From Candidatus Lustribacter sp. (GTDB lineage: Bacteria; Vulcanimicrobiota; Vulcanimicrobiia; Vulcanimicrobiales; Vulcanimicrobiaceae), in assembly GCA_965277805.1 (NCBI GenBank), contig OZ255842.1:640001-704000 (forward strand): a stretch of DNA of 64,000 bases, written 5' to 3'. A model generated the notes under the pieces. That model saw only the letters and a list, made by a program, of their open reading frames with translations. It was not told the DNA's origin and searched no databases. Below, in pieces: positions 1 through 9,042 of this stretch. Position numbers and translations under genes: made by a program. Numbering within the stretch: position 1 is the stretch's first letter; every line of letters starts with the position of its first letter.

Positions 1-330
1 CTCGGCGCGGCCGGCGGCACGATGCCGGCGCCTGGTTCGGCGCTCGCGGCGCTGCTGGTGGAGGCGTTTCACGCGGGTGATTTAGCGCAAGCGGTGCGCA
101 TCCAGCAACTGCTCAGCGAAATGCCGGCTCGCTGGATCGCGCACGGCCTCGTGGCTGTTTCGAAAGCGTCGCTGACCGCGATCGGTTTGGATTGCGGCCC
201 GACGTATCCGCCGTTCGGCACGGTACCGGCGAAAGATGCCGAAGAGATTCGCGTGTTCTGGGAAGCGGCGCTGAACGAGTTTCCCGTGCTTCGCAGTTAC
301 GAAGGGGAGCATTCCTTTGGCGCTCGTTGA
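1..330 (+). CDS. Dihydrodipicolinate synthase/N-acetylneuraminate lyase (class I aldolase) family protein, C-terminal part (5'-truncated by window)
   Basis: Frame open from base 1: LGAAGG...AFHAGDLAQAVRIQQ...KASLTAIGLDCGPTYPPF resembles the DapA-family C-terminus (GAxG...GD...A..lQ...K..l...G...G..R.P). Confidence 0.7.
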   Translation, partial: LGAAGGTMPAPGSALAALLVEAFHAGDLAQAVRIQQLLSEMPARWIAHGLVAVSKASLTAIGLDCGPTYPPFGTVPAKDAEEIRVFWEAALNEFPVLRSYEGEHSFGAR

Positions 331-1102
331 CGGCATCAATCATCTGCTCGTCCAGGTGACGGATCTCGACCGCTCGGAGGCGTTCTACCGCGACGTTTTC
401 GGCTTCGACGTCGTCGGGCGCGACCTCGTTGCGGAAGAAGGGCCGAATTCGCTCTTGCGCGCCGCCGGCGGACACATGATCCTGTTGGTGCAAGTTGCTG
501 AGGTCACGCCGTTTCGTCCGAACAGCATGAGCACGCATCACGCGTTCTACTTACGCGAAGAACAGTACAATCAGGTGATGGAGCGGCGGCGAGCGAGCGG
601 CTTCGACGTCGGCGACACGCGTGCGGTCTACCGCGCGAAAGGGCAGCTCAGTTTCGACGTCTTCGATCCCGACGGACACCGTTATCAAGTGCAGTCGGTC
701 GGTAAGGCGTCGGCCGAAAATCTCCTCGCGAACGAAGGGAACGTCGCGTGCGGAAAGGTCGACGACTTTGCGATCGGTTCGGTCACGCACTTCAAGGACA
801 AGCAGTTCTATCTGGTGCGTCAGGAACCGGGCTTTATGGCGATCTCGCACTGGTGTCCGCACATGAACGGCATGGTGGAGTATCGCGAATCGTACTGGTC
901 GTTCTACTGCCCGTTTCACGGCGCGACGTTCAACCGCAACGGCGAGTGCACCGCGCATCAAAAGTACCCCACCATGCGCGTTCATCCGGTGTCGATCGGC
1001 GATGGCGGCGAGGTACTCGTGAACACGGACGAGCTGGTGAAGCGTCCTCGCGGGTTCAGTCCGGAGCAGTTCACGCCGGTGCCGGTGCTGCAGCATGGCT
1101 GA
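317..1102 (+). CDS. VOC (glyoxalase/extradiol dioxygenase-like) domain fused to C-terminal Rieske [2Fe-2S] domain
   Basis: N-terminal GINHLLVQVTDLDRSEAFYRDVFGF, HHAF and DPDGH (VOC); C-terminal CPH-x16-CPFH Rieske motif; TTG start after GGGGAG RBS. Confidence 0.85.
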   Translation: MALVDGINHLLVQVTDLDRSEAFYRDVFGFDVVGRDLVAEEGPNSLLRAAGGHMILLVQVAEVTPFRPNSMSTHHAFYLREEQYNQVMERRRASGFDVGDTRAVYRAKGQLSFDVFDPDGHRYQVQSVGKASAENLLANEGNVACGKVDDFAIGSVTHFKDKQFYLVRQEPGFMAISHWCPHMNGMVEYRESYWSFYCPFHGATFNRNGECTAHQKYPTMRVHPVSIGDGGEVLVNTDELVKRPRGFSPEQFTPVPVLQHG

Positions 1103-1565
1103 AGTCGAGAGCCTCAACCACACGGCGATGTGCGTGCACGATCTGGTGGAGGCCTTGAACTTCTACTGCAACGTGCTCGGCGGAAAGCGCGCGACGCGCG
1201 TCAACTTTCAGATCGAGGACGTGCTCGGCGGCGTGGCGGTCTTTCAGTCCGTCATCCTCGAAGACTACATGCTGGCGCTGGCGATCGCGCCCAACGACAT
1301 GCCGATGCCGCCCGCCGATCAGCACCGCGGCGCGCATGGGCTTCGCCATGGCTTCGTCGTGACGCGCAACCGGTTCGACGAGGTTCGCGCATCGCTCGAA
1401 GCGCACGGCGTGGCGTACGACGGGCCGGTCGACCATCCCGAGCACGGGCCGTTTGGTCAGTCGATCTACTACAAGGATCCGTCGGGAAATTTCCTCGAGA
1501 CGCTCTGGCGGCGCGACGAAGATGCGCTCAATCTTGGCAAACGCCGCTTTGTCAGCACCGAGTAG
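1095..1565 (+). CDS. VOC family protein (single domain)
   Basis: LNHTAMCVHDLVEALNFY, RHGF and SIYYKDPSGNFLE give the His/His/Glu VOC metal motif. Confidence 0.85.
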   Translation: MAEVESLNHTAMCVHDLVEALNFYCNVLGGKRATRVNFQIEDVLGGVAVFQSVILEDYMLALAIAPNDMPMPPADQHRGAHGLRHGFVVTRNRFDEVRASLEAHGVAYDGPVDHPEHGPFGQSIYYKDPSGNFLETLWRRDEDALNLGKRRFVSTE

Positions 1566-2481
1566 CACGGCGTTCCCGTTCGCGCCGGCGCGCGAAGCGA
1601 TTCGTCTCGACGGCATCGCCTTCGTCGCGCTGCAGACCGTCGACGTCGAGCGCGCGGCGGCGTTTTATCGCGACGTGCTCGGATTCGTTGCCGAGCCCAA
1701 GGCGGAATTGCCGCGCGCCGGCGTGCACGCGATCGTCCGATCCGCTTCGGGTCAGCGGATCGCGTTGTGCGCTGCGGGCGACGTGCCGTTACCGCCCGAT
1801 ATGGGGCGCCACACCGCGTTCGGCGTCACGTCCGAGGCCAAGGCTGCGATCGTGCGACGTCTGGAAGCGGCGGGCATCGAGGTGCTGCGGTATGAGGAAG
1901 ACCGGCCGGCGGAACGCGCCGAGAATTGCTACTTCCTCGATCCCGGCGGCAACCGCATCCAGCTCGTTTCGGCGCCGGAGCAATCGATCGATCATGCTTG
2001 CATCCAAGCCGTCGACATCGAGTGGGAAGAAGATCTCTACGTCGGGACGCTCGCTCTGCCGGTGGATCACGTCGTCGGCTGGCGAACCGAGGATTACAAG
2101 CGCGCCGTGCTTTGGGGCGAGGGCAAGGAAGCCATGGCGCCGGGAACGCGCCGCTGGGACAAACGCTTCGCGCTGCGTCCCGGCCAAGGTCCGATGATCG
2201 CGCGCCCCAACATGCAGCTCTTCGTGCACGCGGGCCGCAACGTGCTCGGCGTCTTTCTCGCCTACGAGCACTATCAGTTGCCGTTCGAAGAGCAAATCGT
2301 GGGTACGCCGCGCATCGGCTTCGCCACGACCGCGAGCGAGCTTCCCACGATCGCCGCGCGTTTCGCGGAAGCGAAGTTGCCGGTCGACGGCCCGTACGAT
2401 CACCCTGCCACATCACCGTACCGCGCGTCGCTCTACGCGAAAGATCGCGGCGGCAATTTCCTCGAGTTCACGGTTTCATGA
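1549..2481 (+). CDS. Two-domain VOC family protein
   Basis: VDVERAAAFYRDVLGF, YFLDPGGNRIQL, IDHACIQ and YAKDRGGNFLEF; probable TTG start at 1549 overlapping the upstream gene end. Confidence 0.8.
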   Translation: MSAPSSTAFPFAPAREAIRLDGIAFVALQTVDVERAAAFYRDVLGFVAEPKAELPRAGVHAIVRSASGQRIALCAAGDVPLPPDMGRHTAFGVTSEAKAAIVRRLEAAGIEVLRYEEDRPAERAENCYFLDPGGNRIQLVSAPEQSIDHACIQAVDIEWEEDLYVGTLALPVDHVVGWRTEDYKRAVLWGEGKEAMAPGTRRWDKRFALRPGQGPMIARPNMQLFVHAGRNVLGVFLAYEHYQLPFEEQIVGTPRIGFATTASELPTIAARFAEAKLPVDGPYDHPATSPYRASLYAKDRGGNFLEFTVS

Positions 2482-3686
2482 CGCTTTATCCGCAGTTCTC
2501 GTTGCGCGAACGCGATCGCCGTTGGAAGGCCGTGCGCGACATCATGCGCGCCGAGAACATCGACGTGATCGTGGTGCCCAACAACACCGCGCACTCGACC
2601 GATTTTCAGGCCAACGCACGCTACCTCACGCACGTGGGCGGCGGCGGCGATGCGGACATCGCGGCGGTGATCCCGCTCGACGGCGACGTCACGGCAATTG
2701 CGAATCATCCGGAGCTGACGTTTCACGCCGGCATCCAGTCGTGGACGCGCGATCTGCGCAATGCCCGGCGCGACATGGGGAAGGGCACGGTCGAGCGGCT
2801 CAAGGAGCTCGGCATCGAGCGCGGGCGCATCGGCATCACCGGGCTCGGCGCCGGCACGCGCACGCCGATGGGCACGATCCTGCTCGGATTCTGGCGCGGC
2901 ATCGTCGATGCGTTTCCCAATGCCGAACTCGTCGATGCGACAAGCATTCTCGATCGCGTACGCTACGTGAAGAGCGATGAAGAAGTGGAAGCGCTGAGGC
3001 GGTCCGAGGAGATCATCGAGCAAGCGATCGCGGCGAAGATCGCGCACGCGAAGCCCGGTGCGGTCGATTGGGAAGTGTGGGCCGAAGTGATCTATGCGCT
3101 CACCAAGAACGGCTCGGAGCTGCCGGTGCACAATCAGTGGGCCTCAGGGAAACGCGTCAAGCATCCGATCACGCGCCCGACGCGGCGCAAACTCGAAACC
3201 GGCGATCTGATCGTCTCGGAGATCGAGGCGTCGTGGATCGGCTACCGCGCGCAGGCGATGCAGCCGGTGTTTGTCGGCAGCGCCGATCCCGTGTATCTCG
3301 AACTGATCAAGCTGCAGCGCGAGATTTGGAACACCGTGTTGGAGCAGTTGCGGCCCGGCGTCACCGTTGGCGAGCTTGTGGCGCTGACCGAAGCGACGTG
3401 TACCAAGCTGGCGCCCAAGAGCGGGCCGGCCGCGGGCGCGACCGCGATCCTCAACTTGCACGGCCGCGGCGCGGGCGACGACGGGCCGCTCGTGACGCCC
3501 TCGCAAAAGCGTCCCGAACAACTCGCCGTTCCGCTCGAAGCAAACATGGTGTTCATCTTCAAGCCGTTCGTGCGCTCGCAGAGCGGTGAAGATGAGTGCA
3601 CGTGGGGCGATACGGTCGTCGTTGCGCCGGCGGGCGGAAAGCGTTTGGGCAGCCGGCCGCACGATCTCGCCGTTTCCGGCACCTGA
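2478..3686 (+). CDS. M24 (creatinase/Xaa-Pro aminopeptidase fold) protein with non-canonical metal ligands
   Basis: SLRERDRRW N-terminus, RYVKSDEEVEALR hinge, pita-bread domain; ATGA overlap with upstream stop. Confidence 0.85.
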   Translation: MTLYPQFSLRERDRRWKAVRDIMRAENIDVIVVPNNTAHSTDFQANARYLTHVGGGGDADIAAVIPLDGDVTAIANHPELTFHAGIQSWTRDLRNARRDMGKGTVERLKELGIERGRIGITGLGAGTRTPMGTILLGFWRGIVDAFPNAELVDATSILDRVRYVKSDEEVEALRRSEEIIEQAIAAKIAHAKPGAVDWEVWAEVIYALTKNGSELPVHNQWASGKRVKHPITRPTRRKLETGDLIVSEIEASWIGYRAQAMQPVFVGSADPVYLELIKLQREIWNTVLEQLRPGVTVGELVALTEATCTKLAPKSGPAAGATAILNLHGRGAGDDGPLVTPSQKRPEQLAVPLEANMVFIFKPFVRSQSGEDECTWGDTVVVAPAGGKRLGSRPHDLAVSGT

Positions 3687-3688
3687 GC

Positions 3689-4732
3689 GTGAACGGACAC
3701 AACGTTCACCTGGTCGGCAGCGTGCCGTTGGCCGATCGCGACGCGGTGTTTCGTGCGACGGGCGAGATCCTCGGCGAGCGTTTGAAGCGCTATCCCGACG
3801 GCGAGACCGGCGATCGCGGCAACTGGGTGCAGTGGCAGCGGCATCTGGTCGTGGACAACCCGCAGTTCGTTCTTACCTCGAACGACCCGCTGGTCATCAA
3901 TCACGGCAGCACGCGACCGTATTTCCGCATCGTGCCGGGTGTCGATCCGGCGAGCGTGGCGTTCGCGCCGATCGGTTACGCGGAGAACGCGCGCGCGTCG
4001 TATCCCGCCTTCCGTGCGCTGCGCGAGGCCGGAGTGATCCCATCGTCCGCGCGTTTTCTGGTCGCGTTGCCGACGCCGCTTGCATTTTTGCAAGTCTTCA
4101 TCGACGCGCCGGACCGCGCACGAGTCGTTGCGGCGTACGAACGGCGCGTCCTGGCCGAGGTCGCGGAGATCGCCGCCGCGATTCCGCATCGCGACTTGGC
4201 GATCCAATGGGATACCGTGTTCGAGTTGCTGATTCTCGAGGGCGGCCGTGAAAGCAACATCGACGATTCGAGAGAGGCGCTCGTCGCGCGGCTGCTGGTC
4301 TGCGGCAACGCGGTGCCCGCCGAAGCGGACCTCGGCTTTCATCTCTGCTATGGGGACATGAACCACCGGCACTCGATCGAACCGCGCGATACCGCGCTCA
4401 TGGTCGAGATCGCGAACGCGCTCACCCGTGGCTTGCAGCGGAACCTGAACTATATTCACATGCCCGTACCGCGCGACCGCTTCGACGATGCGTACTTTGC
4501 GCCGCTGGCCGGCCTCGCGCTCGCTCCGGAAACCGAACTCTACCTCGGGCTCGTGCACATGACGGGCGGCGAAGACGGCATCCGGCGCCGGATCGCGGCA
4601 GCGAGCCGCGTACGGCCCGATTTCGGCATCGGTACCGAATGCGGCTTCGGCCGGCGGCCGCCCGAAACGATCGTGCCGCTGCTGCATCTGCATGCCGCGG
4701 CGGCGGAAGGTTGGACTGCCGAGGCTCGCTAA
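3689..4732 (+). CDS. Cobalamin-independent methionine synthase (MetE C-terminal)-like Zn protein
   Basis: HLVGSVP, PDGETGDR, IQWD, HLCYGD (HxC) and TECGFGR (third Cys ligand); start uncertain (GTG 3689). Confidence 0.7.
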   Translation: MNGHNVHLVGSVPLADRDAVFRATGEILGERLKRYPDGETGDRGNWVQWQRHLVVDNPQFVLTSNDPLVINHGSTRPYFRIVPGVDPASVAFAPIGYAENARASYPAFRALREAGVIPSSARFLVALPTPLAFLQVFIDAPDRARVVAAYERRVLAEVAEIAAAIPHRDLAIQWDTVFELLILEGGRESNIDDSREALVARLLVCGNAVPAEADLGFHLCYGDMNHRHSIEPRDTALMVEIANALTRGLQRNLNYIHMPVPRDRFDDAYFAPLAGLALAPETELYLGLVHMTGGEDGIRRRIAAASRVRPDFGIGTECGFGRRPPETIVPLLHLHAAAAEGWTAEAR

Positions 4733-4744
4733 CGCCGTCGTCGT

Positions 4745-5680
4745 ATGAACGATCGCCTTCCGCGTGCGAGTTGGCTCGCCTCAGGTGCTTCGGCCGCTGC
4801 GTTTGCAGCGCTGCCGTCAGGTGCGCGGGCGCAGAGCGCTGCACCGCTGCAAGTCGGTGCCGGATTGATCGAACCGCAAGCGCAGGCGTATTATGCTCGG
4901 GCCAACGGTTTCTTCAAGCAGCGCGGGCTCGATATTACCGTTGTGACGTCGGCAAACGGTGCGGCGACCACGGCGGCTGTAGCGGGCGGGACGCTGCAGA
5001 TCGGCGTTACCAGCGTACTCGGTCTCGCGCAAGCGGTCGGGCGCGGCTTGCCGTTCGTCACCTTCGCGCCGGGCGGCATTCACGATTCACGCTTTCCGGC
5101 CAGCGGTCTGCTCGTGCTGCCCGATTCGAAGATCGCGAGCGCGAAGGATCTGTCGGGAAAAATCGTCGCGGTCTCGACGCTCAAGGGGCTCGATCAGCTC
5201 GTCGTCGAGGCGCTCATCGATAAGCAAGGCGGCGACGTCAACACCGTGAAGTTCGTCGAGCTGCGTCCCACGGAAGGCCTCGCGGCGTTGCAACAAGGAC
5301 GCGTCGATGCGGTCAACCTCGAGGATCCCGAGTACACGGCGGCGCGCAGCCAAACGCGCCTGCTCGGCGACGCCGAGGACGCGGTCGGGAACGTCTTCGT
5401 CGAAACGACGTGGTTCGCCACCCGCGATTGGGTGTCGAAGAATACCGATGCGGCGCGCAAATTCCGCGACGCGATCATCGCCGCCGGCGCGTGGGCGATG
5501 GCAAACCCGCTACCCGCGGCCGCCATTCTGCAGCAAGATCTCAAGGTGACGACGACCCGCGCCACCCAACGCTTCGCGCCGCGTTTCAACCTGGCCGACT
5601 ACCAGCTGTTGCTCGATGCGGCGGCAAAGTTCAAATTCATCACCCCAATCAGCGCCGCCGACATGGTGATCGCGCTCTGA
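4745..5680 (+). CDS. ABC solute-binding protein, NMT1/THI5-SsuA/TauA type
   Basis: Signal peptide ending ARAQ, GFFKQRGLDI, DLSGKIVAV, ALQQGRVDA. Confidence 0.85.
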   Translation: MNDRLPRASWLASGASAAAFAALPSGARAQSAAPLQVGAGLIEPQAQAYYARANGFFKQRGLDITVVTSANGAATTAAVAGGTLQIGVTSVLGLAQAVGRGLPFVTFAPGGIHDSRFPASGLLVLPDSKIASAKDLSGKIVAVSTLKGLDQLVVEALIDKQGGDVNTVKFVELRPTEGLAALQQGRVDAVNLEDPEYTAARSQTRLLGDAEDAVGNVFVETTWFATRDWVSKNTDAARKFRDAIIAAGAWAMANPLPAAAILQQDLKVTTTRATQRFAPRFNLADYQLLLDAAAKFKFITPISAADMVIAL

Positions 5681-6609
5681 TGCGCCGCTCGCACGTGCTT
5701 GCCGCGGTCGCCGCGGCTGCGTTGAGTTCGGCCGTGCCTGCGCGGGCGGCCGACACCGCCCTCTCGGTCGGCGCGACGTTCGACGACGATATTTCCGCTA
5801 CGCTCTATGGTATCTCTGCGGGGATCTTTGCGCGCAACGGACTCGACGTCCACGTCGAACCGCTGCTGAGCGGTGCCGCCGGGGCGAGCGCCGTCGCTGC
5901 CGGAGCGTTGCCGATCGCGAAGTCGAGCACGATCGCGCTTGTCGCGGCGCACGCACACGGGCTGCCGTTCGTCATCATCGCGCCGTCGGTCGTGTTCACC
6001 GCCGACCGGCCGACGTCAGCGCTGATCGTGCGCAAAGACTCCACCTTGAAACCGGGCAAGGATTTCAACGGCAAGACGCTAGGCGTCTCGTCGCTCGTCG
6101 ACGCGCGCGTGATCTCGATCAAGGCCTGGATCGACCAGAACGGCGGCGACTCGAGTACGATGAAGTTCATCGAGATCCCGGCGTCGTCGGTGCTCTCGGC
6201 CGTCGATGCGGGCCGGATCGATGCCACGGTGGTCAGCAACACGCAGCTCGGCGATGCGGTGCAGTCGGGCCTGTTCAAGCAACTCGGCGAGCCGAACGCA
6301 GCGATCGGCAAACGCTACATCGTCAACACGTGGTACACCACGCGCGCTTACCTCGCGCAGAACCCCGACATCGTACACCGCTTCCTCGCCGCGCTTTTAA
6401 CGTCGGTCAATTACGCGAACGCCCACCCCACCGAGATGACCCAGTACCTCGCGCCCTTCGTCAAAATCGACGAAGCCAAACTGCGCAACATGACCCATTC
6501 GGTCATCGCCACGACGCTCGTCCCGGGCGAATACCAGCCCGTCATCGACGCCGCCGCCAAATACGGCTTCATCGACAAAGGCTTCCCCGCCCGCGACATC
6601 CTGTTGTAA
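5680..6609 (+). CDS. ABC solute-binding protein, NMT1/THI5-SsuA/TauA type
   Basis: Signal peptide ending ARAA, GIFARNGLDV, DFNGKTLGV, GRIDA; TGATG coupling to upstream gene. Confidence 0.85.
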   Translation: MRRSHVLAAVAAAALSSAVPARAADTALSVGATFDDDISATLYGISAGIFARNGLDVHVEPLLSGAAGASAVAAGALPIAKSSTIALVAAHAHGLPFVIIAPSVVFTADRPTSALIVRKDSTLKPGKDFNGKTLGVSSLVDARVISIKAWIDQNGGDSSTMKFIEIPASSVLSAVDAGRIDATVVSNTQLGDAVQSGLFKQLGEPNAAIGKRYIVNTWYTTRAYLAQNPDIVHRFLAALLTSVNYANAHPTEMTQYLAPFVKIDEAKLRNMTHSVIATTLVPGEYQPVIDAAAKYGFIDKGFPARDILL

Positions 6610-6617
6610 CTGAAAAC

Positions 6618-7226
6618 TTAGAGATACTTGAGGATCGACTCGGCGGTGAGTTCTTCGCCGGGGTCGTACTCCGGGGCGGTTTCGAGTTGTTCGAGGTCGT
6701 TGAGGCCGCTCTGTTTGTAGATGCGGTTGGTGATGACGATGACGCGCGCGGCGTGCTTGGGGTCGCCGTTGAAGTGCTGGCTGATGGTGTTCGGCGGGAT
6801 GTAGATCGTGTCGCCGGCTTCCCATTCGAAGCGCCGTTCTTCCGCTTGCGGTACCCACTGGTAGCGTTCGCCTTCGGCGATCGCGAGGTCGCAGTCGACG
6901 TGGATGTCGTAGCCGTAACCCTCGACCACGTATACGGCTTGTTCGGCCAGCTGACGGTGCCGTCCCGAACGGCTGCCGGGCGGAATGATCTGCATGTAGG
7001 CGTCGACCGTTTCGGCGCGCGTGTTCATCTCTTCGTTGACGAGGTGCTTGAGCAGACCGTGCGGTGAGTTCTCCCACGGATGATCGCTCGCTTTGATGAT
7101 CTTGCGGCGCGCTTTGTCGCGCTCCGGTTTGGTTTGCGCATCGTTGAGCAGCGAGGCGTAGTGCCGCCCGCCGACGTTCCCTTGGCGCCAGACCGAATAT
7201 TCATCCCACGGTGCTCGTTCGCTCAC
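6618..7226 (-). CDS. Cupin domain protein with degenerate metal motif
   Basis: IPPGSRSGRHRQLAEQAVYV and WEAGDTIYIPPNTISQHFN; GTGA overlap with upstream cupin gene. Confidence 0.8.
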   Translation of the reverse strand: MSERAPWDEYSVWRQGNVGGRHYASLLNDAQTKPERDKARRKIIKASDHPWENSPHGLLKHLVNEEMNTRAETVDAYMQIIPPGSRSGRHRQLAEQAVYVVEGYGYDIHVDCDLAIAEGERYQWVPQAEERRFEWEAGDTIYIPPNTISQHFNGDPKHAARVIVITNRIYKQSGLNDLEQLETAPEYDPGEELTAESILKYL

Positions 7227-7855
7227 TTCTTTGCGCCCTCGACCGTCTCGAAGTGTACGTGCGCGTGATCCTCGTGGTAATGATCGTGATCGTGATCGTG
7301 TTCGTGTTCGAAGGGTGAGGGATCTTCGCGCGGCACGAAGCCGACACCGGTCGGTGAGGGCTCGTGCGAGAACGGCACGACGGTGCGCTGGAAGAGCATG
7401 TTCATGAAGAGATACATCGGTTTCGTCTTCATCACGAGGCAGCGCGCCGGCTTCTCGGTGCTGCGATTGAAGTGCTGGTGCACGCAGTTGTTGTGCACGA
7501 TCGCGATGTCGCCGGCTTCCCACTCATAGCGTACGCCGTCGTGCACTTCGGCGCCGATGCCGTCGAGAATGTAGAACACCGCCTCGTTGACGTGCCCGTG
7601 CTTTTGCGACACGCCGCCCGGCGCGTACTCTTCGAGATGAATGTGCAGCGTCTGGCCGAGTCCATGCGCGGGAATCAGGTAATCGCGGTTGTACATCTGC
7701 GGATAGCCGGAGAACGGCGTTTCCGAGCCCTTGCGCACGCGCGGCAGCGAACGCAGACGATTGAGTTCTTGCGTGAGATTGTACTGCCCCTCGATGCCGC
7801 GCACGAACACGCGCTCGTCCAGCGTATGATCGTGCGGTTTCTTCGCTTCTGCCAT
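7223..7855 (-). CDS. Cupin domain protein with His/Asp-rich C-terminal tail
   Basis: APGGVSQKHGHVNEAVFYI and WEAGDIAIVHNNCVHQHFN; tail HEHDHDHDHYHEDHAHVH. Confidence 0.85.
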   Translation of the reverse strand: MAEAKKPHDHTLDERVFVRGIEGQYNLTQELNRLRSLPRVRKGSETPFSGYPQMYNRDYLIPAHGLGQTLHIHLEEYAPGGVSQKHGHVNEAVFYILDGIGAEVHDGVRYEWEAGDIAIVHNNCVHQHFNRSTEKPARCLVMKTKPMYLFMNMLFQRTVVPFSHEPSPTGVGFVPREDPSPFEHEHDHDHDHYHEDHAHVHFETVEGAKK

Positions 7856-7902
7856 GCGCCCTGAGTTCAACGCCGGAGGTCGAGCCCCCGGCAATCGAAA
7901 AC

Positions 7903-9042
7903 ATGCCGCTGATGCTTCAACGACGCGATTTCTTGGCCGGCGCCGCAGCTGCCGGCGCCGTGCTGGCGGGGGGCGAGCCGGCTTCGGCCGCGATCAGCTA
8001 TGCAAAACCCGCCGATTGGGACAAGATCGTGGCGGCGGCCAAACAAGAGGGCACGGTCGTGCTCTACGGTCCCTCGGGCGACTCGTTCTACGCCGCGCTC
8101 GTGACGCGTTTCCAGAAGGCGTTTCCGGAGATCAAGGTTCAGAGCACCATGGGCGTCGGCGCACAATTGGTGACGCGTCTGCAAGCCGAGCGCACGGCCG
8201 GACGTTATCTCGCCGACGTCTACGTCAACGGCAGCACCGTTGCGTTGCTGGGTCTCAAACCGGCCGGCGGCATGCAACCGCTTCCGCCGTGGCTCGTCCT
8301 GCCGGAAGTGACGAATCCCGGTGCGTGGCAGCAAAACATGCTGTGGTGGAACGACGGGCACGCCCCCAACACCAATCTCAGCTTCGCGGCGATTCTCTAT
8401 CCGGTCGCCTACTTCAATACCAACCTCGCCAAAGCGTCGTCCTTCCGCTCGTATTGGGATCTCGCCGATCCGAAATGGAAGGGTAAGGTCTGCTCCAACG
8501 ACATCCGCGTCATCGGCGCGGGAGGCGTTCCGGCGAGCTACATCTTCAAACAGCCCTCGCTCGGCGCGCCGTGGTTCAAGCGCTTCTTTGGCGACCTCGA
8601 CGTCGTGATGGGCCGCGATCAGCGTCAGCTCATCGATGGGCTCTCGCAGGGCCGCTACGCGATCGCGGGCTTCGTCTCAGCAGAAGAAGCGGCAACGGCG
8701 ATGGACCTCGGCCTGCCGATCGCACCGGTGCCGATCGATTCGCTCAAGGAAGGCTGCGCGGTCGGACCGGGCGGCGGCGCGATCTCGGTGCTCGACCGCG
8801 CGCCGCACCCGAACGCGGCGAAACTCTACACCAATTGGCTGTTATCGCGCGAAGGCCAAATCGCGTTTCAAGAAGAGACGAAGTACGCCTCGCTCCGCAA
8901 CGACGTGCCGAAGAGCAACCTCTTCCTCGCGCCGCGTCCGGGCAAAGCCTACGTCAACGCCGGCGCCGAACAGTACGGCTCCCTGCTCTCCGGCATCGGC
9001 ACGATGGTAACAGACATTCTCTCGAAGTCCGGCAAAGCCTAA
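7903..9042 (+). CDS. ABC solute-binding protein (Fe3+/thiamine/AfuA-like family), Tat signal
   Basis: RRDFLAG Tat motif; AAKQEGTVVLY, DLADPKWKGK, APHPNAAKLYTNWLLSREGQ. Confidence 0.85.
   Translation: MPLMLQRRDFLAGAAAAGAVLAGGEPASAAISYAKPADWDKIVAAAKQEGTVVLYGPSGDSFYAALVTRFQKAFPEIKVQSTMGVGAQLVTRLQAERTAGRYLADVYVNGSTVALLGLKPAGGMQPLPPWLVLPEVTNPGAWQQNMLWWNDGHAPNTNLSFAAILYPVAYFNTNLAKASSFRSYWDLADPKWKGKVCSNDIRVIGAGGVPASYIFKQPSLGAPWFKRFFGDLDVVMGRDQRQLIDGLSQGRYAIAGFVSAEEAATAMDLGLPIAPVPIDSLKEGCAVGPGGGAISVLDRAPHPNAAKLYTNWLLSREGQIAFQEETKYASLRNDVPKSNLFLAPRPGKAYVNAGAEQYGSLLSGIGTMVTDILSKSGKA

Noticed and set aside
7265-7312. gatcgt/gttcgt short tandem repeats as a contingency locus
   Set aside because: They encode the His-Asp/Glu tail of the cupin; 6-nt units preserve frame
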